Of a stretch of 64,000 nucleotides of DNA, positions 1 to 9,796 are shown one piece after another. This DNA is from Candidatus Latescibacterota bacterium. Lineage in GTDB: Bacteria; Latescibacterota; UBA2968. The translations under genes and the position numbers were made by a program. The notes beneath the pieces are model-generated. The model did no database searches, was not told where the DNA came from, and was given only the letters and a program-made list of their open reading frames with translations. The DNA is taken from positions 3,872,001 to 3,936,000 of the forward strand of contig OZ244960.1 of the NCBI GenBank assembly GCA_965222605.1, given 5' to 3'. Numbering within the stretch: position 1 is the first letter of the stretch; the number at the start of each line of letters is the position of its first letter.

Positions 1-267
1 TATGCCGGTAAGATGGATTTTTATCTGAATCTGCTCAACGAAAAAGAGCGTGCCACAGACGACAATCCTTCCATCGGCATCATACTGTGCGCGGACAAGG
101 ACAATCTGGAAGTAGAGTTCGCTCTGAAGAGCAAAACCAATCCCATCGGCGTGGCGGAATACCAGGTGCAATCGACTTTGCCGAGAGAATTGAAAGGCAA
201 GCTCCCAACGTCCGAGCAACTGAGCGCGGCCCTGCATCTACCGATAAAAGAGAAGCATAGAAGGTAG
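1..267 (+). CDS. YhcG/DUF1016-family PD-(D/E)XK nuclease domain protein, C-terminal part (runs in from before the window)
   Basis: Frame is open from base 1 (YAGKMDFYLNLL...DNPSIGIILC...VEFAL...PIGVAEY...LP), the typical YhcG C-terminus. Confidence 0.85.
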   Translation, partial: YAGKMDFYLNLLNEKERATDDNPSIGIILCADKDNLEVEFALKSKTNPIGVAEYQVQSTLPRELKGKLPTSEQLSAALHLPIKEKHRR

Positions 268-298
268 CTCATGCCGGAACCAACAAGAGGAGAAGACC

Positions 299-1320
299 AT
301 GTCAGAACAATCAGAGGAGAAGAAGATCGCTTGGTTCAACAGGGCTAAACCGTGGGGCAAGGACGCGTTCAAGATATTTAAGAAGGCCAGTCGTGTGTTT
401 ATAGGTTATCCCTAAAAAAAAAGTGGGGTGAAGTGTGATCCCCACGCGCTTCGCTCTTATCTCGTTGATCCAACCTGTTCCGATGATGAATGGGAGTACT
501 ACAAACCAAGTGGGCGAAAAGGGGGGATGCTAGGAACCGTAATTTCATTCGCTACGTAACGAAGGGATCAATTGTCGTCATCCCTCGCCCGGAGGAAGGT
601 GCTATTTATGTTGGTCGCATCAACGGCCCGTTCAAGATTGTCGATTCATCGGACTGGGGAGAGGACTATCTAAGACTTCGGGAATGCCAAAAGCTTGAGC
701 GAAAAGATGAGCACATTGCAGAGGTAGCACAAGGCTGGCTGGTAGATGGATATAGGCGTTTCCCTCTGTCTGTTGTTCCGGGATGGATGCGTCGTTCAAT
801 GTTTGGTCGGTCAACTTTTGGTAAATTCGAAGATTACCACCCGATTGACACGAACACGACGTCTTGGGGCGTGCTCAATCAAATCCTCAAAGGCCAGTAC
901 AAGGTTCCGACATGGTGGACGCTTGATCTTGAGGAAATCAAGCGTCGTCTCGTTGATACGATGACCGCGAACGCGTTTGAACATCTCGTTGTATTATTGC
1001 TTCAGATCGAGCACCGGAACGAAATCTGGCACCAGACCGGTGGTCCTGGCGATGGCGGAATTGACGGGCTCGGAAGCAATGAGAACGGCGATGTTGTCGG
1101 TCTGATGCAGGCGAAACTTTACTGTTCATCACCCTTGAACTTGGGTAATCTAGGCCACCAAAGATCACTGCGACGCTACGCGGCGATTCTTATTCCGGAA
1201 AAACCAAGGCTGCCGACCGATGGAACGGAGCTTCTGGACTTGGAATGGATTGCGGGTGCAGTGCACCGCCACTGGCGAACGCTGCCGCAGGCACGCGCCA
1301 TGCGCATTGGGGAAGAGTAA
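299..1320 (+). pseudogene. Mrr-like (type IV) restriction endonuclease, apparently disrupted
   Basis: RBS GAGGAG and ATG at 299; in-frame TAA at 413-415; a frameshift near 500-526 joins this frame to ORF 490..1320, which carries FEHLV..LL, GGPGDGGIDG and QAK Mrr_cat motifs. Confidence 0.65.
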
Positions 1321-1433
1321 AGTTCTATGTTGGACAAGGGTGCGACGACTCGAGAGAAGGCATTTCGCTCAAACAGTTTATCGATGCTGGCAATGGTCGA
1401 GAGAGCGTCGGCGATTGAGAATTGAGAGGAGCC

Positions 1434-2426
1434 ATGATTCCAACAGAAATCAAACGGGCACATATTTTGGATGCTCTACAGCGCATCAGCCGAGAGGGCG
1501 TTCCTCCGCGGAGGATTAGCCGAGGGTATTGTCTGGTAAAAGCTGGGCATCACTTTCCTCCGAAGTACACCATTGCCTTGGCTCATGAAATAGCTACTGG
1601 ACAGATTCTGTCCTCAAATGAGTTTTCAGGTGGCTCCGAGTCCAACAGCTTTCTCAAAGCCCGCGGCTTTGATGTGGTTGAATGCAATTGCGGCTGTAGC
1701 CTTCCGTTTGGCCCAATCACGTCCCCGTCTGGCCCGTCCGTAAAGAAAATACCTAAGAATCCATCCACACGTCATTCTGAGCGGTGTCCAGAATGCAAGA
1801 TACGTGTCCGCGAACTCCTGGAGCGTATATATGGGACCTGCCTGCAGAACCACAGGTTTTCTTGGTCAGCACACCTCTCTTTTTACGCAGGAACCTCCAT
1901 TTTCCCTACTCTACGGAAAGTGGCGACGGCTCTGGAATCATACCGGGGCTTCGATTTTGAAGATTTCGTAAGGGCCAAAACGGTGAGACCCTGTGACTTC
2001 TGGGTCCCCGACCCCGGTTTCATTGTGGAGTTCGATGAGAGCCAACATTTTACAAGCCCACGGAAGTTGGTGCTTTCTGCATACCCTGATGATCATCCTA
2101 TAGGATTCTCCAGAGATCGTTGGATTGCCCTTTGTGGGAAGCACAATGCCAGGGATAACGATCCCCCTTACCGAGACGAGCAGCGGGCATGGTATGATAC
2201 GCTGAGAGACCTTCTCCCCTCACTTGAAGGACTTCAGCCAACTGTGAGAATATACGCCTCCGATTACGCCTGGTGTTCACTTGACCCCGATAGCAGTAAC
2301 GACTTGCTACAGTTCTTGGAATACCTGGATGAACTGGAAGAGAAATACTTGGCCTTACATCGCTTAGAGAAGCCCGGCAAGCGTTGGACCTTAGACGAGA
2401 TGGAGCAAGGTTGGGACAAAGTATGA
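1434..2426 (+). CDS. Putative nuclease: ScoMcrA-like N-terminal head domain plus PD-(D/E)XK-like domain, with an antitoxin-like tail
   Basis: N-term HILDAL...YCL...FPPKY...FSGGSESNSFL..RGF; core CDFWVP...IVEFDESQHF...RDEQRAWYD; RBS GAGGAG before ATG 1434. Confidence 0.6.
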   Translation: MIPTEIKRAHILDALQRISREGVPPRRISRGYCLVKAGHHFPPKYTIALAHEIATGQILSSNEFSGGSESNSFLKARGFDVVECNCGCSLPFGPITSPSGPSVKKIPKNPSTRHSERCPECKIRVRELLERIYGTCLQNHRFSWSAHLSFYAGTSIFPTLRKVATALESYRGFDFEDFVRAKTVRPCDFWVPDPGFIVEFDESQHFTSPRKLVLSAYPDDHPIGFSRDRWIALCGKHNARDNDPPYRDEQRAWYDTLRDLLPSLEGLQPTVRIYASDYAWCSLDPDSSNDLLQFLEYLDELEEKYLALHRLEKPGKRWTLDEMEQGWDKV

Positions 2427-3544
2427 CGCGAGATGATCTTAATGCGCCTCCCACAGAGGGGATCAAATACGCCGGGTCTAAGTTGAGACTTCTTCCGCAT
2501 ATCCTGCAACTAATAAAAAAAGTTGGTGCAAAAACGGTTTTGGATGGGTTCTCGGGCACGACGAGGGTATCGCAGGCACTCGCACAGCTAGGCTACACGG
2601 TCGTTTGCAATGATATTGCGGTTTGGTCGAAGGTTTTTGGGATGTGCTATTTGCTGAATAAAAAGAGGCGAGAGGATTACCAACTGCTTATTGAGCACCT
2701 CAATGCGGTTCCGCCTGTGGATGGGTGGTTTACGGAGTACTATGGGGGTCAGCCCAATAATGGCTGTGCGATACAGAGAGATGGACGCAAGAAGCCGTGG
2801 CAAATACACAATACCCGTAAATTGGATGCGATTCGGGAGGAGATCGACGCGCTTAAGCTCGATCCCGTCGATGAGGCTGTGGCACTCACAAGTCTGATTT
2901 TAGCTCTGGATCGTGTCGATAGCAGCTTGGGGCATTATGTCTCTTATCTCAAGGACTGGTCGCCTCGTTCTTATAAAGAACTCGTGCTGAAGGTGCCGAA
3001 TATTTTTCGATCATCGGGGGAACATCAGGTATTTCAAAGGGATATTTTTGATCTCGTTCCTCAGATATCTGTTGATCTGGCGTATTTCGATCCTCCTTAT
3101 GGATCAAATAACGAGAAGATGCCGCCATCGCGCGTGCGATACGCTTCGTATTACCATGTGTGGACGAGTGTGATCCGCGCCGATAAACCAGCCCTTTTCG
3201 GGAAGGTCAATCGCCGCAGGGATACGTCGGATACTGTGGCGGCATCTGTGTTTGAGGAATTTCGGCGGGGTGAGGGGGGGCGCTTTATCGCTGTTGAGGC
3301 GATTGAGAATCTGATCGCGGCGACGCGAGCGCGGTGGATTATCCTGTCGTACAGTTCTGGCGGGCGGGCGACTGCCAGGGCGTTGAACGATGTGATGCGG
3401 CGCAATGGCAAGCTGATAGATGTGGTCGCGCTCAATTACAAGAAGAATGTGATGGCGGGGATGAAGTGGACGAATGAATGGTTGAGAGATGCAGAGCAAT
3501 CAAATCGGGAGTTTTTGTTTTTACTCGAGAAGAAGGTAGCCTGA
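2423..3544 (+). CDS. DNA adenine methyltransferase (D12 class, N6-adenine)
   Basis: IKYAGSK, VLDGFSGT motif I, DLAYFDPPY motif IV; ATGA overlap with the upstream gene. Confidence 0.9.
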   Translation: MTRDDLNAPPTEGIKYAGSKLRLLPHILQLIKKVGAKTVLDGFSGTTRVSQALAQLGYTVVCNDIAVWSKVFGMCYLLNKKRREDYQLLIEHLNAVPPVDGWFTEYYGGQPNNGCAIQRDGRKKPWQIHNTRKLDAIREEIDALKLDPVDEAVALTSLILALDRVDSSLGHYVSYLKDWSPRSYKELVLKVPNIFRSSGEHQVFQRDIFDLVPQISVDLAYFDPPYGSNNEKMPPSRVRYASYYHVWTSVIRADKPALFGKVNRRRDTSDTVAASVFEEFRRGEGGRFIAVEAIENLIAATRARWIILSYSSGGRATARALNDVMRRNGKLIDVVALNYKKNVMAGMKWTNEWLRDAEQSNREFLFLLEKKVA

Positions 3545-3552
3545 CAAATACT

Positions 3553-4299
3553 ATGTCTCCAATTCTCTTTGAATACGGGCCGATTCGCATCGGCGTTTAC
3601 GGTGTTATGCTCGCGGTTGGTTTGCTTTGTGCGTCGTGGGTGCTCAAACGCGGGTTCCGTCGTCGTGGTCTTGATCCCACGCTGTCAGACCGCATTGCGT
3701 TTGCCGCTGTGATTGGCGGTATTGTGGGCAGTAAAATTTTTCACGTTTTCGAGTATCCCCACGCTTTTGTCGCCGATCCTTTTGGTACGATTTTTTCCTC
3801 TGTGGGTTGGGCCTGGTATGGGGGTTTTTTAGGCGGGGCTGTGACTGTGCTTTTCTGGCTTCGCCGTTATAACGCGCTCGATTGGCCCGCCCTGGATGCC
3901 ATTGCGCCGGCTCTTGTGGTGGGGTACTTTTTTGGGCGAGGGGGATGTGAGCTTTCGGGCGATGGATGCTATGGTATTGCCACGGATTTGCCCTGGGGCA
4001 TGGCTTATCCCAATGGTCTTGTGCCCACGCTCGATTTTGTGCATCCGACGCCGATTTACGAGATGATTCAGATGGTTTGTATTTTCGGGATTTTGTTGGC
4101 TCTGCGCGATCGTCTCAGACCTGGTAGGGTTTTTGGCCTTTATCTCGTTTTGATGGCTGTTGCCCGCTTTTTTGTCGAGTTTGTGCGTCTCACGCCCGAG
4201 GTTTTTATGGGTCTCACGGTGCATCAGTGGGTCAGCATTGGTCTCGTGGTTACAGGGATTTATCTCATCAATCTGCGTCGAAGAAGGCCTCAGAATTGA
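3553..4299 (+). CDS. lgt: Prolipoprotein diacylglyceryl transferase
   Basis: [43 protein letters not shown] motifs; hydrophobic. Confidence 0.92.
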   Translation: MSPILFEYGPIRIGVYGVMLAVGLLCASWVLKRGFRRRGLDPTLSDRIAFAAVIGGIVGSKIFHVFEYPHAFVADPFGTIFSSVGWAWYGGFLGGAVTVLFWLRRYNALDWPALDAIAPALVVGYFFGRGGCELSGDGCYGIATDLPWGMAYPNGLVPTLDFVHPTPIYEMIQMVCIFGILLALRDRLRPGRVFGLYLVLMAVARFFVEFVRLTPEVFMGLTVHQWVSIGLVVTGIYLINLRRRRPQN

Positions 4300-4333
4300 C
4301 AAAACTGTGGTCCCGATTTATTTTCTAACTCAC

Positions 4334-5833
4334 ATGGATATTCGATTTTACAATACGCTGACGAATCGCGAAGAAGTTTTTGAGCCGCTCGATCCTCCGA
4401 ATGTGGCGATGTATTCCTGTGGTCCAACGGTGTACGATTTTGCCCATATCGGCAATTTCAAGACTTTTTTGTTTTCCGATGTGCTCCGTCGCTTTCTCGA
4501 TTTGGTCGGTTATAATGTTACCCATGTGATGAATATTACCGATGTGGGACACATGACGGATGACGATGTGGCCGATGCGACTGGCGAAGACAAAATCGCG
4601 GTGGCTGCGCGCAAGCTCAAAGAGGCCAAAAAATTGGGCACGTTGCCCGATGATGCGGTTTTCAATCCCGATGATCCATATCAGGTGGCGCAATATTTTA
4701 CGGATGCATTTGTCGAAGATGCGCGTTTGCTGGATATTAAAGTGGCGCACGATTATCCGCGCAATATGCCGCGTCCCACGGAACATATCGACGCCATGCA
4801 GGTGATGATTCAGAAGCTTTTGGACAAAGGCCACGCCTATATTGCCGATGATGGTGTCGTTTATTTTAGTGTTGAATCTTTTCCCGAATACGGTCGTCTG
4901 TCGGGCAATGATCTCGAACAACTTATCGCGGGTTCGGGTGGGCGCGTGCTTGAAGAACACCAGGCGATCAAGCGCAATCCCGCTGATTTCTTTTTGTGGA
5001 AACCCGATCCGTCTCATATTATGAAATGGCCTTCTCCATGGGGTGAGGGGTATCCCGGCTGGCACATCGAATGCTCGGCCATGGCGATGAAAATGCTACG
5101 GCGCGAGGTTATTGATATTCACACTGGGGGCGAGGATAATATTTTTCCGCACCACGAATGCGAGATTGCACAATCGCGTTGTGCGACGGGGCATTCTCAT
5201 TTTGCCAGGTACTGGATTCACTCGCGCTATCTTATAGCCGAAGGCGAGAAGATGTCCAAGAGCAAGGGCAATTTTTTCACCGCGCGCGATGTGCTCGAAG
5301 GCAAGATAACCGGTCGTCCTGTTCATCCTTCGGTTTTGCGTTACGAACTCATCAAGACGCATTATCGCACGCAGACCAATTTTACGCAAAAAGGTCTTCA
5401 AGATTCGGCCAGTGCCGTGCAAAAATTTCACGAGTTTGGGCAAGGACTCGCTCAGGCGGCGAATGGCAGTGCGACGGAAGTCGGCAACGATCATCCCGTT
5501 ATTGCCGATTTTCTCAGTGCTCTGTCCAGTGATCTCAATATTAGTGCAGCACTTGCTGTGGTGCATAACTGGATGGGGCAAGAGGTAGATGACCCGTCCG
5601 AAGCGCTGGATGTGTTTGACAAGATCAATAGTGTGCTCGGCATTGCGGATGTCAATTCGTCTGAATCATCGGATGAGACAGATATCGGCGAAGCGATCTG
5701 CAAACAGATTGACGAGGCCCGAGCATCCAAAGATTACGATACTGCTGATCGTCTGCGTCAGGAACTCATTGACGCGGGGTACGAGGTTCGCACTACGCCG
5801 GAGGGGACGGTTGCAGTGAAGAAGTTGGCGTAG
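4334..5833 (+). CDS. cysS: Cysteine--tRNA ligase
   Basis: [50 protein letters not shown]. Confidence 0.97.
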   Translation: MDIRFYNTLTNREEVFEPLDPPNVAMYSCGPTVYDFAHIGNFKTFLFSDVLRRFLDLVGYNVTHVMNITDVGHMTDDDVADATGEDKIAVAARKLKEAKKLGTLPDDAVFNPDDPYQVAQYFTDAFVEDARLLDIKVAHDYPRNMPRPTEHIDAMQVMIQKLLDKGHAYIADDGVVYFSVESFPEYGRLSGNDLEQLIAGSGGRVLEEHQAIKRNPADFFLWKPDPSHIMKWPSPWGEGYPGWHIECSAMAMKMLRREVIDIHTGGEDNIFPHHECEIAQSRCATGHSHFARYWIHSRYLIAEGEKMSKSKGNFFTARDVLEGKITGRPVHPSVLRYELIKTHYRTQTNFTQKGLQDSASAVQKFHEFGQGLAQAANGSATEVGNDHPVIADFLSALSSDLNISAALAVVHNWMGQEVDDPSEALDVFDKINSVLGIADVNSSESSDETDIGEAICKQIDEARASKDYDTADRLRQELIDAGYEVRTTPEGTVAVKKLA

Positions 5834-5843
5834 AAGAAGGTGG

Positions 5844-6824
5844 ATGACTTTTATGACTTTTCCCATTACCCGCATGCGCCGTTTGCGCGGGAGCGAGACC
5901 ACGCGCCGAATGGTGCGTGAGAATCACCTGCGCGTTGACGATTTGATTATGCCTCTGTTTGTGTGTCCGGGCAGAGGCGTAAAAAAAGAAATTGGGTCTA
6001 TGCCGGGCAATCATCAGATGTCGATAGATGTCGCGGTTGAAGCATGCAAGGAAATTGCCGATTTGGGTATTCCCGCGGTGATTCTTTTTGGTATTCCCGA
6101 TCACAAGGATGCGCGAGGCAGTGGGGCTTATTGCGATGATGGCATTATTCAGCGTGCGATATCTGCGATTAAAGAACATGCGCCTGATCTTTATGTGATT
6201 ACGGATGTGTGTTTGTGCGAATATACGGACCACGGGCATTGTGGTGTTATTGTGGATAACGATGTGCATAATGATGAGACGGTCGATTTGCTTGTCAAAG
6301 AGTCCCTTTCCCATGTGCGCGCGGGTGCAGATATGGTCGCGCCTTCTGATATGATGGATGGCCGTGTTGGAGCTATTCGCTCTGCTCTGGATGCCCAGGG
6401 GTTTGATCGCATACCGATTATGGCATATTCGGCCAAATACTGCTCGGGGTTTTACGGTCCATTCCGCGAAGCGGCAGAATCCGCGCCACAATTTGGCGAT
6501 CGCCGGTCCTATCAGATGGATCCGGCAAATGGCGACGAGGCCATGCGCGAAGTGGCTCTGGATATCGAGGAGGGCGCAGATATTGTTATGATCAAACCCG
6601 CGTTGCCCTATCTGGATATTATTTACCGGGTCAAATCAGAGTTTGGCGTGCCGGTTGCCGCGTACAATGTCAGCGGCGAGTTTGCGATGCTCAAAGCTGC
6701 TTTCGCAAATGGATGGCTGGATGAAGATCGGGTGCGAGACGAGGTTCTGGTGAGTATTAAACGCGCGGGCGCAGATCTTATTCTGACCTACTTTGCGCGC
6801 GATATTGCGCGGGTGTTGAGGTGA
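5844..6824 (+). CDS. hemB: Porphobilinogen synthase (Zn-type)
   Basis: [52 protein letters not shown]. Confidence 0.97.
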   Translation: MTFMTFPITRMRRLRGSETTRRMVRENHLRVDDLIMPLFVCPGRGVKKEIGSMPGNHQMSIDVAVEACKEIADLGIPAVILFGIPDHKDARGSGAYCDDGIIQRAISAIKEHAPDLYVITDVCLCEYTDHGHCGVIVDNDVHNDETVDLLVKESLSHVRAGADMVAPSDMMDGRVGAIRSALDAQGFDRIPIMAYSAKYCSGFYGPFREAAESAPQFGDRRSYQMDPANGDEAMREVALDIEEGADIVMIKPALPYLDIIYRVKSEFGVPVAAYNVSGEFAMLKAAFANGWLDEDRVRDEVLVSIKRAGADLILTYFARDIARVLR

Positions 6825-6833
6825 GAGGTTTTT

Positions 6834-7253
6834 ATGGATATTACGATTGATCGCATTATGCAAAATTTTGATATTCTCACAGATTGGGAAGATCGCTACC
6901 GGTATATTATTGAACTCGGTCGCAAATTGCCGTCTTTTGATGAGAAATACAAAGTTGATACCAATCTCGTGCAGGGGTGTGTGAGCCAGGTGTGGCTCAT
7001 AACCGATGTTCGAGATGGCGAGCCTCCTGTGATCGAATTTCGCGCAGATAGCGATGCCCAGATTGTCAAGGGTCTGGTCGCTATTTTGTTGTCGCTATAT
7101 TCCGGTAAGAGCGCTCGAGAAATTCTCACGGCTGATATTCGCAGCATTTTTCAAAAGCTCGAGCTCGCCAGGCACCTCAGTATCAACCGCGCCAATGGCT
7201 TTGCCTCTATGGTCAAGCGCATTCACGAACTCGCGCTTGCCACAGCGGCATAG
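6834..7253 (+). CDS. sufE: SufE family Fe-S assembly sulfur-transfer protein
   Basis: DWEDRYRYIIELG, VQGCVSQVW, ADSDAQIVKGL, R.NG. Confidence 0.9.
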   Translation: MDITIDRIMQNFDILTDWEDRYRYIIELGRKLPSFDEKYKVDTNLVQGCVSQVWLITDVRDGEPPVIEFRADSDAQIVKGLVAILLSLYSGKSAREILTADIRSIFQKLELARHLSINRANGFASMVKRIHELALATAA

Positions 7254-7266
7254 GGTGAGGAATAAT

Positions 7267-7310
7267 AAAAAGGGCCTTTGAGAGAGAAACTCATAGGCCC
7301 TTTTTTTTTT
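7267..7310. terminator. Bidirectional intrinsic terminator between convergent sufE and folE2
   Basis: AAAAAGGGCCT..TGAG-loop-CTCA..AGGCCC followed by T10. Confidence 0.85.
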
Positions 7311-7324
7311 GAAACTATATGTTG

Positions 7325-8170
7325 TTAGACTATCAACGCGTTTTCCGCTTCTTTGCGGTGTGTCAATAGCGGACCGCGCACACCGCGCTCAATTTTGGCA
7401 TAAGCATCGTGGTTGTGGATACTTTCATAATTGTTGCTCGATACGTAAAACCACGAGATGCGCTCTTCGTCCATCATGGATAGCAAATCTGTCGCCACAT
7501 CGCGCACAATGTCTTCGACAAATTTGGGGTTGTTATATGCGCGTTCGGTTACGTATTTTTCATCTGTTCGTTTCAGAATGGGATAGAGTTGACACGACGC
7601 ATGGTATTCGCCGATGTCGATCAAATCTTCAAACCAGATGAATTCATCCTCATAAGGCCGCACGTCCATTGTGATTTCAGAACGTTGATTGTGTGCGCCG
7701 TAATCGCTGATTTCTTTGCTACACGGGCAGAGGCTTGCCACGTTGGCACGCACGCCGATCAGCTTGTCTTGCATGCCCTCATTTGTCAACATTGCCTTAA
7801 ATTCACAGTTGTAGTCCAGCATGCCTTCAATGCCTGTGATAGGTGCTTTGCGCGATAAAAAAATGGGAAATGCCATGCTCATAAACGCTTCTTCAGCTTC
7901 TAATAATTCGAGCATTTCTTTGAGTACGATGTGTACGCTATCAGGTGTAAAGTGTTTGTGTTGCTCATTCAGGGCAATCATAAACCGCGACATGTGGGTG
8001 CCTTTTTGGTGGTGGGGCAAGCTCACGGTCATGGATAGATTGGCCACTGTGTGAAATTCACCATTATCGCGTAGCGGCAAGGTCAAAGGATAGCGCACGT
8101 TGGATACACCGACCTGGTCGATTTCAATGCCGCGTTTGTCATGTGAATTTTGTATGTCTGGTAGAGTCAT
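7325..8170 (-). CDS. folE2: GTP cyclohydrolase IB (FolE2)
   Basis: LPDIQ...IDQVGV, KGTHMSRF, SLCPCSKEISDYGAHNQRS, KRTDEKYVTERAYNNPKFVED, ESIHNHDAYA; start trimmed to ATG at 8170. Confidence 0.95.
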   Translation of the reverse strand: MTLPDIQNSHDKRGIEIDQVGVSNVRYPLTLPLRDNGEFHTVANLSMTVSLPHHQKGTHMSRFMIALNEQHKHFTPDSVHIVLKEMLELLEAEEAFMSMAFPIFLSRKAPITGIEGMLDYNCEFKAMLTNEGMQDKLIGVRANVASLCPCSKEISDYGAHNQRSEITMDVRPYEDEFIWFEDLIDIGEYHASCQLYPILKRTDEKYVTERAYNNPKFVEDIVRDVATDLLSMMDEERISWFYVSSNNYESIHNHDAYAKIERGVRGPLLTHRKEAENALIV

Positions 8171-8227
8171 TCTGTTCTCCGTGGCGGAATTTTCAAAAGT
8201 TCCGCCTAATATACCGTAAAATGCAAA

Positions 8228-8503
8228 ATGGTCAATCCTATAAAAATCTTCGATAGAGTGTTGGCAACGATAGCGCGTGTGATCATCAAGGGCTATCAAT
8301 ATGTGCTGTCGCCTCTGATGCGCTTTTTTGCCATTGCGTCCAGTCCATGCCGCTATCAACCCACATGTTCGCACTACGCCCTCGAGGCTTTTCGCCAGCA
8401 TCCCTTTGCGTATGCTCTTTCTCTTGTGATACGACGTATTTTGCGCTGCCATCCGTTTGCTAAAGGTGGGTACGATCCGGTTCCTCCGCCTTCCGATCAA
8501 TGA
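8228..8503 (+). CDS. yidD: Membrane protein insertion efficiency factor
   Basis: YQYVLSP...CRYQPTCSHYA.EA...RILRCHPF..GGYDPVP. Confidence 0.93.
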   Translation: MVNPIKIFDRVLATIARVIIKGYQYVLSPLMRFFAIASSPCRYQPTCSHYALEAFRQHPFAYALSLVIRRILRCHPFAKGGYDPVPPPSDQ

Positions 8504-8507
8504 TTTT

Positions 8508-8858
8508 TTACCTCGCCAACATCCTGCCCAGAGGTCGTCCGCCGAGCAGGTGCATGTGGATATGATACACTTCCTGGCCTCCGTTGCGATTGCAGTTGAT
8601 GATGAGGCGATACCCGTCTTCTGAAATGCCCTTATCTGTTGCGATTTTTGCCGCTACAGTTATCATGCGCCCGAGTGCTGGTTCGTCTTCTTCTTGTACG
8701 TCGTTGATTGTGGGGATCAATTTATTCGGCACTATCAATATGTGGATGGGTGTCTGGGGGTTGATGTCTCGAAAGGCGGTTACCAGGTCGTCTTGATAAA
8801 CGATGTCTGCATTGATTTCGCGTCGAATAATTTTGCTAAAGATCGTTTCTTCGGCCAT
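8508..8858 (-). CDS. hinT: Histidine triad nucleotide-binding protein
   Basis: [15 protein letters not shown]...AFRDINPQ...[16 protein letters not shown]. Confidence 0.95.
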   Translation of the reverse strand: MAEETIFSKIIRREINADIVYQDDLVTAFRDINPQTPIHILIVPNKLIPTINDVQEEDEPALGRMITVAAKIATDKGISEDGYRLIINCNRNGGQEVYHIHMHLLGGRPLGRMLAR

Positions 8859-8967
8859 TGTTCTCTCCCTGGTTGGATGTTTGCGAACGCAAAACTGTAT
8901 GATAGCGAATAGGATCGGTTTTTGCCAACTCGATTTTGACTGTTGGTTGAAAATCAATACAAAATTC

Positions 8968-8996
8968 TTGATGTTATAAAGGTAACACTGTATATT
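8968..8996 (+). promoter_or_regulatory. Putative sigma-70 promoter for rpmG-rpmB
   Basis: TTGATG-17 bp-TATATT; a TGTTA-N6-TAACA inverted repeat (8972-8987) overlaps it. Confidence 0.5.
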
Positions 8997-9055
8997 TCAA
9001 CTTCTTGCCCCGCCGCGTGTTGGCGGTTTAACAAAAAAAGATACTGGAGGAAGCT

Positions 9056-9220
9056 ATGGCTAAGCGACAGGGCAGCCGCACTCTCATTAGAATGAAAAGC
9101 ACAGAGAGTTCGCACTATTATCACACGGAAAAAAATCGACAGAATCATCCCGATCGCCTCGAATTGAAAAAGTTCGATCCCATACTGAGGAAGCATGTGG
9201 TGTATCGGGAAGATAGATAG
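9056..9220 (+). CDS. rpmG: 50S ribosomal protein L33 (Cys-free type), absent from the ORF track
   Basis: Manual translation [54 protein letters not shown] (54 aa); RBS GGAGG. Confidence 0.95.
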   Translation: MAKRQGSRTLIRMKSTESSHYYHTEKNRQNHPDRLELKKFDPILRKHVVYREDR

Positions 9221-9248
9221 CGATAAATATTGAGAAGAGGATTTTTCC

Positions 9249-9491
9249 ATGGCCAGACGTTGTAGTATTACGGGTAGGGGACCGCTGAGTGGCAATCACG
9301 TGTCCCACTCCAAACGAAGAGTCAAGCGGGTGCAGAAACCCAATTTGAAGAGCAAGCGCATTTACGTTCCCGAACTGGGTCGCTTTGTGCGTATCAAACT
9401 TTCGGCTCGCGCACTGCGAACGGTGAACAAAAAAGGTCTTTTACCGTATCTCAAAGATCGTGGTCTTTCAGTGGAGGAAGTTACGTTATAG
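9249..9491 (+). CDS. rpmB: 50S ribosomal protein L28
   Basis: MARRCSITGRGPLSGNHVSHS..R.KR.QKPNL...LSARALRTV.KKG. Confidence 0.96.
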   Translation: MARRCSITGRGPLSGNHVSHSKRRVKRVQKPNLKSKRIYVPELGRFVRIKLSARALRTVNKKGLLPYLKDRGLSVEEVTL

Positions 9492-9514
9492 TTAAAAATT
9501 AAATCTGTACTCTC

Positions 9515-9663
9515 GGATTTGGGTTGCAGTATAAGGGAAAACGGTGAAAATCCGTTGCGGTCCCGCCGCTGTAACTGGGGATGTTTCTTGCACTATGCCA
9601 CTGGTAAAAACCGGGAAGGCGCGAGAAGCATGAGACCCAGAAGCCAGAAGACCTGCCTGAATC
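9515..9663 (+). ncRNA. Cobalamin (B12) riboswitch
   Basis: AAGGGAA-ACGGTGAAAATCCGT-TGCGGTCCCGCCGCTGTAA, GCCACTG...GGGAAGGC and B12 box AGCCAGAAGACCTGCC; lies upstream of btu-like genes. Confidence 0.95.
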
Positions 9664-9744
9664 TTAGACCTTATTGATTTCCTCGTGGATTGGGAAAAGG
9701 TGAGATCATGCGTGCGTTTCGGCTTTTTATCGCGTACAGCTATG

Positions 9745-9781
9745 TCCCTGATTTCCGCAAGGAAGTCGGGGATTTTTTTTT
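9745..9781 (+). terminator. Riboswitch expression-platform terminator
   Basis: TCCCTGATTTCC-GCAA-GGAAGTCGGGGA followed by a T run, just upstream of the first btu gene. Confidence 0.85.
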
Positions 9782-9796
9782 GGGAAAGCGAGGCGT

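Noticed and set aside
7325-8500. 391-aa extended FolE2
   Set aside because: The extension is antisense to yidD; homology begins at MTLPDIQ (8170)
8972-8987. Zur box upstream of rpmG
   Set aside because: The TGTTA/TAACA arms are 6 bp apart rather than the 5 bp of the proteobacterial consensus; kept only as an unassigned palindrome
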